DNA of 64,000 nucleotides from Bryobacterales bacterium (GTDB lineage: Bacteria > Acidobacteriota > Terriglobia > Bryobacterales > Bryobacteraceae). The notes below the pieces were generated by a model. It did no database searches, had not been told where the DNA came from, and saw only the letters and a list, made by a program, of their open reading frames with translations. The DNA is taken from positions 738,023 through 802,022 of the forward strand of contig CAWCSV010000002.1 in assembly GCA_963798295.1 (NCBI GenBank), read 5' to 3'. Below are positions 18,308 through 27,580 of the stretch, piece after piece (the first letter of the stretch is position 1; every line of letters begins with the position of its first letter). The position numbers were made by a program, and so were the translations under genes.

Positions 18308-19225
18308 GTGTTGTATAGAATCGAAGACGGCAAAATACGCACTCGAGGCGTGGAATACGCCGCCGCCGATCATTGCAATCTTCGCTGCGCGGGCTGCTCT
18401 CACATGTCCCCTTTCCTGCGGCCGAGCCTGCGTACCGAAGAGGAAGCGGCACGGGACCTTGGGCGCCTGGCTACGGTGATGCTTGCCAATGAAGTTCGTA
18501 TTCTGGGCGGCGAACCGCTGCTGAATCCGCGAATTGTACCCATCCTTAAAGCCGCCAGAGCGAGCGGCATTGCGCGCAAGATTGTGCTGACCACGAACGG
18601 TCTCCTCCTGGTCGCCATGCCCGATGAATTTTGGGAAAGCGTGGACGAAGTGCGCATCAGCCTGTACCCGGGAGCACGGCCTCCCGAGCCGGCGCTGGAA
18701 CGGATTCGCTCCCGGGCCGCGGAGGCCGGTACCCTCATCAATTTCCGCGGATTTACCGATTTCCGCGTGACGATGGTTACCGAACCTCAGCCTCAGGATA
18801 TTGTGACGCGCATGATTTTTCGCACCTGCAAGAATGCCCATCTGTCGCACTGCCACATGGTCCATTCCGGCTGGCTCTACAAATGCGCCTGCCCGCCTTA
18901 TCTGGAAGAGTTTCTCCAAAAAATGGGCGGTCCAGAATATCAGCCGCACCCGGATGGGTTTGACATTCATGCGGCCACCGATCTGCCCTCCGAGCTTTGG
19001 AAATTCCTGACGGCTGACACGGTGCCAGAGGCTTGCCGGCATTGCCTGGGCTGGGTAGGCAAGAAGCAGAACCATCACCAATTGGTGGCTCTGGACGTCA
19101 AGAATCCGCAGTCACAACCCATCTCGAGAGAAACGCATCTCGACAAGGTACGGATTTTCAAGGAATCCGTGAAATATTTTTATCGGCGCGCCACCGAAGC
19201 AGCAGGTGGCCAGCGGAAATGGTAA
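18308..19225 (+). CDS. radical SAM protein with a Cys-rich C-terminal region
   Basis: CNLRCAGCSH (CxxxCxxC) at residues 23-30. GGEPLLNP. C-terminal cysteines CKNAHLSHCHMVHSGWLYKCACPPY...EACRHC suggest an auxiliary cluster. Confidence 0.8.
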   Translation: MLYRIEDGKIRTRGVEYAAADHCNLRCAGCSHMSPFLRPSLRTEEEAARDLGRLATVMLANEVRILGGEPLLNPRIVPILKAARASGIARKIVLTTNGLLLVAMPDEFWESVDEVRISLYPGARPPEPALERIRSRAAEAGTLINFRGFTDFRVTMVTEPQPQDIVTRMIFRTCKNAHLSHCHMVHSGWLYKCACPPYLEEFLQKMGGPEYQPHPDGFDIHAATDLPSELWKFLTADTVPEACRHCLGWVGKKQNHHQLVALDVKNPQSQPISRETHLDKVRIFKESVKYFYRRATEAAGGQRKW

Positions 19226-20484
19226 CCCACACCGGGGATCGGCCCAGGATGGAAATAACGTTCTCCGACACGGTCTCCGGCGTTGATTCCGCCTCTCTGA
19301 CGGGGCGCAAAGTTCCCATCGTGGTTTTTGCAAGCACCGACTGGACGGGCAGAAGAGTAAGCCGCCAACACCTGATTTCGCGTCTGGCACAACGGGGTTG
19401 GCCGGTCGTCTATTCCACGGGCGCGCTGCATACCTGGGAACGCTTCCGCCCGCGATGGGCTGCCGCACCGTGGTTCGGCACCTTCGATTCCATCGAGGGA
19501 GTATTGGTGGATCGTCCAGGCCGTTGGAGGCCGAGATGCGAGCGGTTCCCTGTCTGGGATCGCGCAGCGATCAAGGCTCACACAAACCGCCTTCTGAAAC
19601 TGCTGGGCAATCCGGCACGCGATGAACTGATCTGCTATGTATTTGACCCGATGTTCCTGCCGTATGCCAGGGAGCTTCAGGCGAAGTATCTGGTGTTCCA
19701 CGTCTACGATGCGTTCGAATTGACTCCGGATTACAGCGATGAACTGGGGGCTAGGGAGGTCCAGCTGGCTCAAGAGGCCGACCTTTTCTTAACGGTGTCC
19801 AAAGGGATGACGAGTTCTCTGCCCGAGGATCTTCGTGAAAAGGCGCTGGAGCTGCCACACGGCGTGGACACGGCTCGTTTTGCGGCGGAGGGACAGGAAT
19901 GTCCGGCTGACCTGGCTGCAATCCCCCGCCCCCGATTGGGCTACACCGGCACGATCAATGCGAAGCTAGATCTGGAACTGATGACGGCCATCGCCAAGCA
20001 ACGGCCCCAGTGGAATTGGGTTCTGATCGGCAAGTCCTTTCTTGACGCCCCCGCCGGAGCGCCGCCCGGTGTCACGGCGCGACAGTGGCGGATATTGAGA
20101 GACCTCCCGAATGTTCACTACCTGGGAGAAAAATCATATAGAGACATGCCGTCGTACCTGCATCACATGGATGTGAACACGATTTGTTATGCCACGGACC
20201 GGCCGGGATGGTGGATCCGGGGCTACCCGCTGAAGCTGCATGAGCTATTAGCTGTCGGTAAGCCTATCGTCGGCGCGCTCCTTGAAACGATTGTGCCCTT
20301 CTCGCACGTAGTGGAAATCGCGAAGGGACCCCAGCAGTGGATGGAGGCGTTGGAACGCGCTCTTTACTCCGGGGGCCGGGGTACGATCGCGGAACGCCGC
20401 GCGGAAGCGGTAAAGAACACCTGGGATCAGCGACTGGATGTATTAGAGGCGAGGCTGCTGAAAATGCGCGGCGCTGCTACTTAA
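19219..20484 (+). CDS. glycosyltransferase (GT-B, TuaH-like)
   Basis: ATG at 19219 overlaps the radical SAM stop. PIVVFASTDWTGRRVSRQHLISRLAQRGWPVVY...LGYTGTINAKLDLEL...LKLHELLAVGKPIV. More distantly related to the genes at 29475 and 46122. Confidence 0.7.
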   Translation: MVTHTGDRPRMEITFSDTVSGVDSASLTGRKVPIVVFASTDWTGRRVSRQHLISRLAQRGWPVVYSTGALHTWERFRPRWAAAPWFGTFDSIEGVLVDRPGRWRPRCERFPVWDRAAIKAHTNRLLKLLGNPARDELICYVFDPMFLPYARELQAKYLVFHVYDAFELTPDYSDELGAREVQLAQEADLFLTVSKGMTSSLPEDLREKALELPHGVDTARFAAEGQECPADLAAIPRPRLGYTGTINAKLDLELMTAIAKQRPQWNWVLIGKSFLDAPAGAPPGVTARQWRILRDLPNVHYLGEKSYRDMPSYLHHMDVNTICYATDRPGWWIRGYPLKLHELLAVGKPIVGALLETIVPFSHVVEIAKGPQQWMEALERALYSGGRGTIAERRAEAVKNTWDQRLDVLEARLLKMRGAAT

Positions 20485-21369
20485 TCCGATTGCTCGCGCG
20501 TAGATCAACCCGCAGCCACGGGGCTGCAGGTGACGGATGAGAAGGCGTCTGGGCAAAGCAGGCATCGCCCCGCAACGCGGCCCATTGCGACCACACGATG
20601 GAAGTTTGCGCGGTACCCGTCACGCAACACCAGTCCGCGGCGGGCTGGAATTCGCTATCGATCTTGCCGGGGAGGTAGCCATCGGGCGACATTAATCGTA
20701 AGAGCGCTGTAGCGGTGCGCGCGGCGGCGTCCACAAACTCGTTACGACCTGTGATCCTGCCAATTCCAATCAGGCCTTGCATGGTGTAGGCGACGGTATG
20801 CAGCAAGGGCCGCTCGGCGTCCGCAAGGCAACAGTCGCGAAACCAGCCGTTCTGCATCTGTCGCGACACAGCAAACTCGGAGTTTCGCTCCGCGGCCCGA
20901 ACGTTCTCCGGCGACACGAAAACGCTCATCGCCAGTTCTGTGAAGCAGGGCGGCCCAACCCAGCAAAACGATTCCGGTGTTGAACACGGCAGGGCTGGGG
21001 GCGGAGTCGCACATGCCACCCATCACGGCGCCGCAGTCCATCTGAATGCGCGTTTCCCAGGCACCCATGGCGATAGCGCGAGTAAGGTACGCTTGGTCTG
21101 CATAATAATCCGCAAGATCCAAGGAAAGTGCAGATGATATATCCAGTAGTTTCGGGATAACTTGGCAGAAAGTCCTGACCCAGGACGGCTCCATACGAAG
21201 CCCCGTCGTCCGAACCGTGGTCCTGAGCGCGGCACAGCCAGTCGCGCGCTTCGGCAAGGTGCCTCTGGACGTCCAGGTTCGCGTGCACGGAAGTATAGAG
21301 TCCCGCAGTCCGGCACCGCTGCCAAAGGTCAAGAGCGTTCCGCAATACGCCTGTCTTCACGTCCGGCAT
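20477..21369 (-). pseudogene. frame-disrupted gene for a helical-repeat protein of unknown function (possibly alpha/alpha-barrel-like)
   Basis: Three overlapping ORFs in three frames (20926..21537, 20742..21332, 20477..21019) each contribute a sensible consecutive piece: MPDVKTGVLRNALDLWQ...YPETTGYIICTFL; LDLADYYADQAYLTRAIAMGAWE...FNTGIVLLGWAALL; NGWFRDCCLADAERPLLHTVAYTMQGLIGIG... Confidence 0.5.
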
Positions 21370-21371
21370 TT

Positions 21372-22130
21372 TTATCGAAGTGGTGAAGGCTTCAGCAATT
21401 GAACAACCTCCGCGACTGGGAGAACGCGCGCACTGTGCTGTCCCGCGAATCGAACGGCCGATTCCAAAAGCTCTGGAGTGCAGCCAAACCGAGAAGGGTT
21501 GGGCCGGACGTCGTGAGTGTAGAAGATCAGCCAGCATCTTCGCGTCTCATTTTCGCGAATCAGGCACTCCGCCGCGGTGAGGCGATCGAGGCCGCCATAG
21601 ATGGGATTGGCCCGCAGCAGATTCAGGTCGATCAGGGGACCGTTCAAGCCGCGGTAGATCCCCCGGCAACTCATCATTTCCGCTCCCAAGGCCTTCTTCG
21701 CCGCCAAGGTGACCTCTCCGTAAGGGTAGGCGAAATTCGTCGTTAAGCCAGCGATTCCCAGCGCGCGCATGGCTTGCCGGCCCTTGCGAACATCCTCCTG
21801 GAAGCTATTGAGTGGCATCTGCTCAAGAGAACAATGGCAAAAGGTATGGCTGGCCAATTCGTGACCGTCCTGGGCCAGGGAACGGAGATCCGCTGCGCCG
21901 AAGTGGTCACCGGCTTGATTCCGGGTGTCCATTAGCCCCATCGCCACATAGTACGTTGCGCGGAAGCCAAGCTTTTTCAAAATTTCGCCTCCCGTGGTGC
22001 AGGCGCTTCGAGGGAAGTCGTCGAAGGTGAAAGACACCAAAGGGCCGGCCTGCCCCAAAGAAACGTCGCGACGGTAAAAGCCTGAATGGAAATTGCGGCG
22101 GACTGCGCCGGCTGCAGCGTGGAGGATCAT
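21372..22130 (-). CDS. polysaccharide deacetylase (CE4/NodB homology)
   Basis: VSFTFDDFPRS...ATYYV...LASHTFCH. The ATG overlaps the stop of the FkbH-like gene (ATGA). Confidence 0.85.
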   Translation of the reverse strand: MILHAAAGAVRRNFHSGFYRRDVSLGQAGPLVSFTFDDFPRSACTTGGEILKKLGFRATYYVAMGLMDTRNQAGDHFGAADLRSLAQDGHELASHTFCHCSLEQMPLNSFQEDVRKGRQAMRALGIAGLTTNFAYPYGEVTLAAKKALGAEMMSCRGIYRGLNGPLIDLNLLRANPIYGGLDRLTAAECLIRENETRRCWLIFYTHDVRPNPSRFGCTPELLESAVRFAGQHSARVLPVAEVVQLLKPSPLR

Positions 22131-23932
22131 GGCCCGGAGGTTGCCAGGACATCGGGATGAATGGTGACCTGGATAATTCCGTCATCGGGCGGCTGCCGGT
22201 CTTTGCGAAAAACCAGCCGGGAAACCCCATCGATCAGGCAGGTCTCCTGCATGCCGAAGTCCGCGAACACAGCTCCGGAAGCGGCATTGCGCGCGGTCCT
22301 TCGATAATTCGCATAGAAGTCCGGACCGGATTCGGCGAGATATTTCCTGATCAAGAAAGCAAGGAATGCGTGCTCCACGCGCTTGGACTGCACGCGGCAG
22401 CTGAACATCAGGTCTGTCATGCATACCTCGCGACGGTCCACAATGGAAAACCCGATCACTCCATAGCTGCCGAATCGATCCTGGCAATCCAAGACGTAGG
22501 TATCGAGGTGGGATGACGAAAGAATCTGGTGCAGCAGCTCCCGGCTGTAACGATTGCCGGAAAAATTCATCTGGTTGGTGCGCTGAGTGAGTTCGTGAGC
22601 GCGCTCCAGGTTCGCGTTCGTCAATGGCCGCACGTTCAATTGGATCTCGCATTGCCGCAGGAATGCCATGTAATCCTGCCCAAAACCGCTGGCGGCAGAC
22701 TGCCGCGCATTCTCTACCTGAACCATTTTCCGTCGAGCGGCGCTTTCGTTCGTAACTGGAACCTGGCATTCCTCCATTTCAAGCAGCTGGGGAAAGCGCT
22801 CGGCTCTGAGAACACCCACTTCGGGGCACATGGCCTTCACCTGTTGTAGTTCGAAATCGGAGTCGTCCACCAGCAGAAGCGAATCCGTTCCAATATTCAA
22901 TGCTTTTGCGATGGCCTGCACGGCCTCGCCCTTGGGTTGCCAGGAAATCTGCGGACACAAGAAGTATTCATCGACCTGGAAATTCCTTAGAATCTGCCAG
23001 GCCTCTTCGCGATTGTTCTTACTGGCGATGGAATGGAGGATTCCGCGGCGATCCAATTGCTGGATCACGTCCAGGATGCCGGGCTTGAGACGCAACTTGT
23101 GGGGACCATCTTCGATGAGGATGCCATCCCACAGCGTGTTGTCCAAATCCCAGACCACACACTTGATCTTGGGGCTCGGCTGGGCGGCAGGCGCCGTAGT
23201 TTCTCGCACGAAGTCTGCGGTCCCGAAATACAAGGTTGTAATTTCCGAAACGCTCAGACTCATTTCAATCGAGAACGGAGCAGCCAGATCCACCACAGCG
23301 CAAATTTCGTGCAGCGGAATCCGGATCCGCTGAAAACCCGGGTCAAGATGGATTTGTGTCTGAAACGGGATCTTGGAATCCGGATCACGCGGGCGGATGA
23401 CCAACGAGAGCGGGACCAGATGGTCCTGCGGATTATAGCACTCCAAAAGAAAACTGTCAGGCCATTCGTCTCGCGCGCTCTTTTGCTCCTGCCTTCTATT
23501 CAGGCCGTCACTCCTGCGGACGACGCTCTTCTTCAACGAAACCGGCAGAGGAAGCTGGTAAAGACCGTCAATGAGCCGATGCCTCTGTTCGATCCGGTGG
23601 GCTGCCTCGGCGGTGTACATCCGAAGATTACCCAACGTCCAAAGTTTCCCCCATTTCTTGAAACGGACCTTCAGAAGATAGGGAGTCGCGCTAGACGGGC
23701 TCTCCACACGAACGATTCCGTCGACAAACCGGCGGCACCTGGAATCCTCGCGCGGTTGGTACATGTCGCAGGTTGTGTAGCAGGTTGGATATGCACACTC
23801 GGTGCAATGCTCGGCCCAAGGCAGCAACGTGCGAGCTGAAACCTTGCCTCTTAGTTCGGAAAAGGCGGCGATGACAGGAGCCGGAATGTCGCGCGCAGAT
23901 TCCGTTCTGCTGTGCGCCTCGGTCTCGTACAT
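22127..23932 (-). CDS. FkbH-like HAD-IIIC phosphatase-family protein with an N-terminal Cys-rich domain and a C-terminal GNAT-like region
   Basis: KCVVWDLDNTLWDG (DxDxT), IASKNN, LLLVDDSDFE. C-terminal FGSYGVIGFSIVDR...LMFSCRVQSKRVEHAFL. N-terminal about 250 aa contain HCTECAYPTCYTTCDMY...SRCRRF. Confidence 0.8.
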   Translation of the reverse strand: MYETEAHSRTESARDIPAPVIAAFSELRGKVSARTLLPWAEHCTECAYPTCYTTCDMYQPREDSRCRRFVDGIVRVESPSSATPYLLKVRFKKWGKLWTLGNLRMYTAEAAHRIEQRHRLIDGLYQLPLPVSLKKSVVRRSDGLNRRQEQKSARDEWPDSFLLECYNPQDHLVPLSLVIRPRDPDSKIPFQTQIHLDPGFQRIRIPLHEICAVVDLAAPFSIEMSLSVSEITTLYFGTADFVRETTAPAAQPSPKIKCVVWDLDNTLWDGILIEDGPHKLRLKPGILDVIQQLDRRGILHSIASKNNREEAWQILRNFQVDEYFLCPQISWQPKGEAVQAIAKALNIGTDSLLLVDDSDFELQQVKAMCPEVGVLRAERFPQLLEMEECQVPVTNESAARRKMVQVENARQSAASGFGQDYMAFLRQCEIQLNVRPLTNANLERAHELTQRTNQMNFSGNRYSRELLHQILSSSHLDTYVLDCQDRFGSYGVIGFSIVDRREVCMTDLMFSCRVQSKRVEHAFLAFLIRKYLAESGPDFYANYRRTARNAASGAVFADFGMQETCLIDGVSRLVFRKDRQPPDDGIIQVTIHPDVLATSGP

Positions 23933-24045
23933 GAAGAGTTATCCAGGAGTAAAGCGTAGCATCGGATGGGCTGTTTAGAGCCAGTCGCAGCTTGCCAAAA
24001 GTTTGGTAAGTACCGGCTGTACCAGTCTCCGGGCGTTCAAGAGGA

Positions 24046-25095
24046 TCACGGCCAGTAGTTCCCGGTGAGCCTGCAGATGGCTGTCTGAACCTTGAAGCGC
24101 TGCCGGCTCTGGCCGCCGATGTTGACGCGTTTGACATCGTAGCGGCTGGTTGTAGCCCGCGCATTGGTTCCACCGTAGGCGGAGAACGCCAGGCGATATC
24201 CGGCGTCTTGAGCGGCCTGTCGGGTTCGGTCCAAAAAACTCGACTCAGTGCCGACTGGATACGCAAGCGCCTTGGCCTGGATGCCCAGCTCAGAGCTCAA
24301 CAGCAGGCGGGACTGGGCCATCTCGAAGCGCTGCTGCGCAAGCTCCATTTGGCTTAATACGGGGTGTGAGTGGGTATGCGATCCGATCGCCATGCCCCCG
24401 GCGATCATTTCCCGGGCTTCGTTCCAGTTGAGAAAGCGCCTCGATGTTGGCGGCAGCGTCCGCGGCCTCGCCAGGTGCTCCAGCTCGGAAAGGAAGCGGG
24501 CTGGATCCGTATTCGCGGGCGTTTTGTAAAGGGTGAGCACTGCTTTCAGACTTGCTGGCAAACCCCTAGTGTCCAAATCCACAGCCAGCTCGGCCGGGTA
24601 GCGCAAAACAAAACTGCGTTTTCCCGCGGTTCTCAGCACATAAGCAATGCGATCCCACCAAGGTACATGGGAGGATCCAACCAGGCTGGTGACGAGAAAG
24701 AAGACGGCCTGCACGCCATGGGATCGCAGGATGGGGAAAGCCGCCCGGTAGTTGTCCAGGTACCCATCGTCGAAGGTGATCAGAACGCGACAGAGGCGGG
24801 ATGGCGCGGCGCGGCCCTCGACAAAGTCCAGCGCCTCTGGAAGGGTGATCAGCGAGACGCGGCGCTTGAGATACTCAACCTGTTCATACAACTGATCCTC
24901 TCTCGCCGAAAAATCGGCGGAATCGAATGGTTCTGAACCGGGCGTACCGATGCGATGGTAGTTCAAGACCAGTAATACGTCGCGCTCCGGAAGCCGGCTG
25001 CTGAGAGCGACAGCGCCACTCCAGAATAAGCCGCGAGCCAATAGTTCGCGCTTTCCCCTGATTGCACGCGGTGACAAGCCGAAGGATCGCATCAA
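24046..25095 (-). CDS. polysaccharide deacetylase (CE4/NodB homology)
   Basis: LVLNYHRIG, ITFDDGYLDNYRAAFPILRSHGVQAVFFLV, GSHTHSHPVL. Confidence 0.85.
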   Translation of the reverse strand: MMRSFGLSPRAIRGKRELLARGLFWSGAVALSSRLPERDVLLVLNYHRIGTPGSEPFDSADFSAREDQLYEQVEYLKRRVSLITLPEALDFVEGRAAPSRLCRVLITFDDGYLDNYRAAFPILRSHGVQAVFFLVTSLVGSSHVPWWDRIAYVLRTAGKRSFVLRYPAELAVDLDTRGLPASLKAVLTLYKTPANTDPARFLSELEHLARPRTLPPTSRRFLNWNEAREMIAGGMAIGSHTHSHPVLSQMELAQQRFEMAQSRLLLSSELGIQAKALAYPVGTESSFLDRTRQAAQDAGYRLAFSAYGGTNARATTSRYDVKRVNIGGQSRQRFKVQTAICRLTGNYWP

Positions 25096-25223
25096 CTGAA
25101 TTCACCACGAATCCGTGGATTAGGCATAGATAGCGGCATGTAAGAAAGTACTGGTACCGCCCAGTTCTTGAATCTAGGTCTGCGATGCCGCAAGATACTG
25201 CAGAGGAAGTGTGCGCTCATACA

Positions 25224-26321
25224 ATGAAGGTAGTTAATGTTGTAGGCACGCGTCCGAATTTCGTGAAGGCGGCTCCGCTAGTGGAAGCTTTCGGACGTCA
25301 CGGATTGACGCAGTGCCTGGTACACACGGGCCAGCATTACGATCGTGAAGTCTCCGGATTGCTGTTCGAAGATCTTGGCCTTCCCGAGCCGGATATCAAC
25401 CTGGATGTGAAATCTGGAAGCCACGCGCAGCAGACGGCCCAGATCATGTGCCGCTTCGAGCCGGTGCTGGAGCAGGAACAACCGGACATGGTGGTGGTGG
25501 TGGGCGATGTCAATTCCACGATCGCTTGCGCCCTGGTGGCGGTGAAGATGGGTATTCGGGTAGCTCACGTGGAAGCGGGTCTTCGCAGCTTTGACCGGTC
25601 GATGCCGGAGGAGATTAACCGCATACTCACGGACGCCATCGCTCATTTGTGGTTTGCCAGCGAGCCCAGCGCCGTCGAGAATCTGATTCGCGAGGGCGCC
25701 GCGGCGGAACGGATTCACTTGGTGGGCAATGTCATGATTGACAGCCTGCTGCGGCATCGCGATCGCGCCCGACGTCTGCCTACGCTTGAGTCCCTTGGCC
25801 TGCAGGGCGTGGAAGGCCGCATTCCATTTGCGATTGTGACGTTGCACCGGCCTTCCAATGTGGACTCACCGGCACAGCTCAAAGGGTGGCTGGAAGCGCT
25901 GCGCGAGTTGAACTCAAGAATTCCCGTGATCTTTCCGATCCACCCGCGCACTCGACGGCAGATAGAAGCCTGCCATCTTGAAGGGCTTCTGGATGAAATT
26001 CGCGTGACGGGGCCGATGGGTTATCTGGAATTTTTGGGTCTGCTTTGTGACGCCGCGCTGGTGGTGACCGATTCGGGCGGAATCCAGGAAGAGACCACGG
26101 TGCTTGGCATTCCCTGTCTAACGGTGCGGGACAGCACGGAACGGCCCATCACCGTACACAGGGGAACCAACCGCCTGGTGGGCAGCGACCCCCGGAAGAT
26201 GCTTTCGGCTGCATACGAAATATTGGATGGGAAGACGCCGCGCGGGCGAATTCCCGAACTTTGGGACGGGTGCGCGGCCGAACGGATTGCTCAGATCATC
26301 GCGCATCAGGACCTTCCTTGA
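25224..26321 (+). CDS. wecB: UDP-N-acetylglucosamine 2-epimerase (non-hydrolysing)
   Basis: MKVVNVVGTRPNFVKAAPL..., HTGQHYD, VVVVGDVNST, HVEAGLRSFD, MPEEINR, TDSGGIQEE. Confidence 0.9.
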   Translation: MKVVNVVGTRPNFVKAAPLVEAFGRHGLTQCLVHTGQHYDREVSGLLFEDLGLPEPDINLDVKSGSHAQQTAQIMCRFEPVLEQEQPDMVVVVGDVNSTIACALVAVKMGIRVAHVEAGLRSFDRSMPEEINRILTDAIAHLWFASEPSAVENLIREGAAAERIHLVGNVMIDSLLRHRDRARRLPTLESLGLQGVEGRIPFAIVTLHRPSNVDSPAQLKGWLEALRELNSRIPVIFPIHPRTRRQIEACHLEGLLDEIRVTGPMGYLEFLGLLCDAALVVTDSGGIQEETTVLGIPCLTVRDSTERPITVHRGTNRLVGSDPRKMLSAAYEILDGKTPRGRIPELWDGCAAERIAQIIAHQDLP

Positions 26322-27560
26322 ATGGCGAAAGAAAGCTCGCGACCGGACAAGACGATTCTGATTTTGGCGTACTATTTCCTTTCCCGGGAAGCGGCGGGAG
26401 CGGCGCGTCCTTTGCGGTTCTACAAGTACTTATCAAGGTTCGGGTATGTTCCCAAAGTCATTTGCGACGGGTCCCAGATCAACACCCCCTCTCCAGCCAA
26501 TGTGATTGCGGTATCGGCGCGCCAGCCAGCCTCTGCGTTGCTTCGAATGACGGCGAAAGGGTTGCGACTTATCCAGCGCTGCTTTCGGACCAACGGATAC
26601 CACCTGGAATGGCTGCCGTATGCGATGCAGGCGGCGCGCCGAGCGATCGTCACTGAGGGAGCTGGCACTGTTCTTTCTACATTCCCGCCGCTCGCTACGC
26701 ACCTGACTGCCCTGGTGCTTCAGCGCCTTTACGGCATCCAATGGATTGCCGACTTTCGCGATCCTTTGGCGGGCGATTTTGGCGTAGGACGCAGGGATGG
26801 ACGCCTCCGCCAGTTCGTCGAGAAGGCCATTTTCAAGCGCGCGGATATGGTGGTGGCTAACACCGAGGCTGCCGCCGAGATGTTCCGCCGGCGTTATCCC
26901 AGGTACGCGAAGAAAGTCCATGTCATTTGGAATGGATTCGATCCGGAAGACCGGCTGGAGTGGTTGCCGCTTCCCGGCGGGAATCGGCGAGTGATGATTC
27001 ACGCGGGTGACATCTACTCTTGCCGTCACCCCGGTCGGCTGCTGCTGGCTTTGGAGCGGTTGAAGTCTCGGGATGCGCTTTCGCTCCAGGATCTGGTGGT
27101 TCACTTCTTTGGAGAAATCGATCGGCCGTGGGGTGGAGTATGCGATTCGGCAGTGGCTCGCCTTCTGAATAGCATTTGGGTGCAATGTCACCGCCAGCGC
27201 ATTCCGCAAGACGACGCACGACGCCGGACGGCTGAAGCGCACTATCTGTTACTCTGCGATTGGAGCGGGCCGGACGCCGGAGTGCACGTTCCCGTGAAAT
27301 TGTTCGATTACATCCGGATCGGCCGTCCGATTTTGGCGCTGACGAAACGAGGTTCTTCGGTGCACTGGATTCTTGGCCGCAGCGGCATTCCCTGTATGTA
27401 CCTCTTCGATGACGACTCGGATGCGGAGATCGATGAGAAACTGGTGACTTTTTTTCAGTGGCCCACCCATCCGGCGAGCCCCAGCCTCTGGTTTCTGCGG
27501 ACGTTCGACGGAGCGGAGCAGGTTGGGGAACTGGCTGGACTGCTGGAAAGCGGCGCTTAA
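26322..27560 (+). CDS. glycosyltransferase (GT4-like N-terminal domain)
   Basis: 412 aa ORF starting 1 nt after the wecB stop. ILILAYYF...RPLRFYKYL...ADFRDPLAGD...VVANTEAAAEMF...VIWNGFDPED. Confidence 0.65.
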   Translation: MAKESSRPDKTILILAYYFLSREAAGAARPLRFYKYLSRFGYVPKVICDGSQINTPSPANVIAVSARQPASALLRMTAKGLRLIQRCFRTNGYHLEWLPYAMQAARRAIVTEGAGTVLSTFPPLATHLTALVLQRLYGIQWIADFRDPLAGDFGVGRRDGRLRQFVEKAIFKRADMVVANTEAAAEMFRRRYPRYAKKVHVIWNGFDPEDRLEWLPLPGGNRRVMIHAGDIYSCRHPGRLLLALERLKSRDALSLQDLVVHFFGEIDRPWGGVCDSAVARLLNSIWVQCHRQRIPQDDARRRTAEAHYLLLCDWSGPDAGVHVPVKLFDYIRIGRPILALTKRGSSVHWILGRSGIPCMYLFDDDSDAEIDEKLVTFFQWPTHPASPSLWFLRTFDGAEQVGELAGLLESGA

Positions 27561-27580
27561 TGCGGACCGAAGCTGGATGG

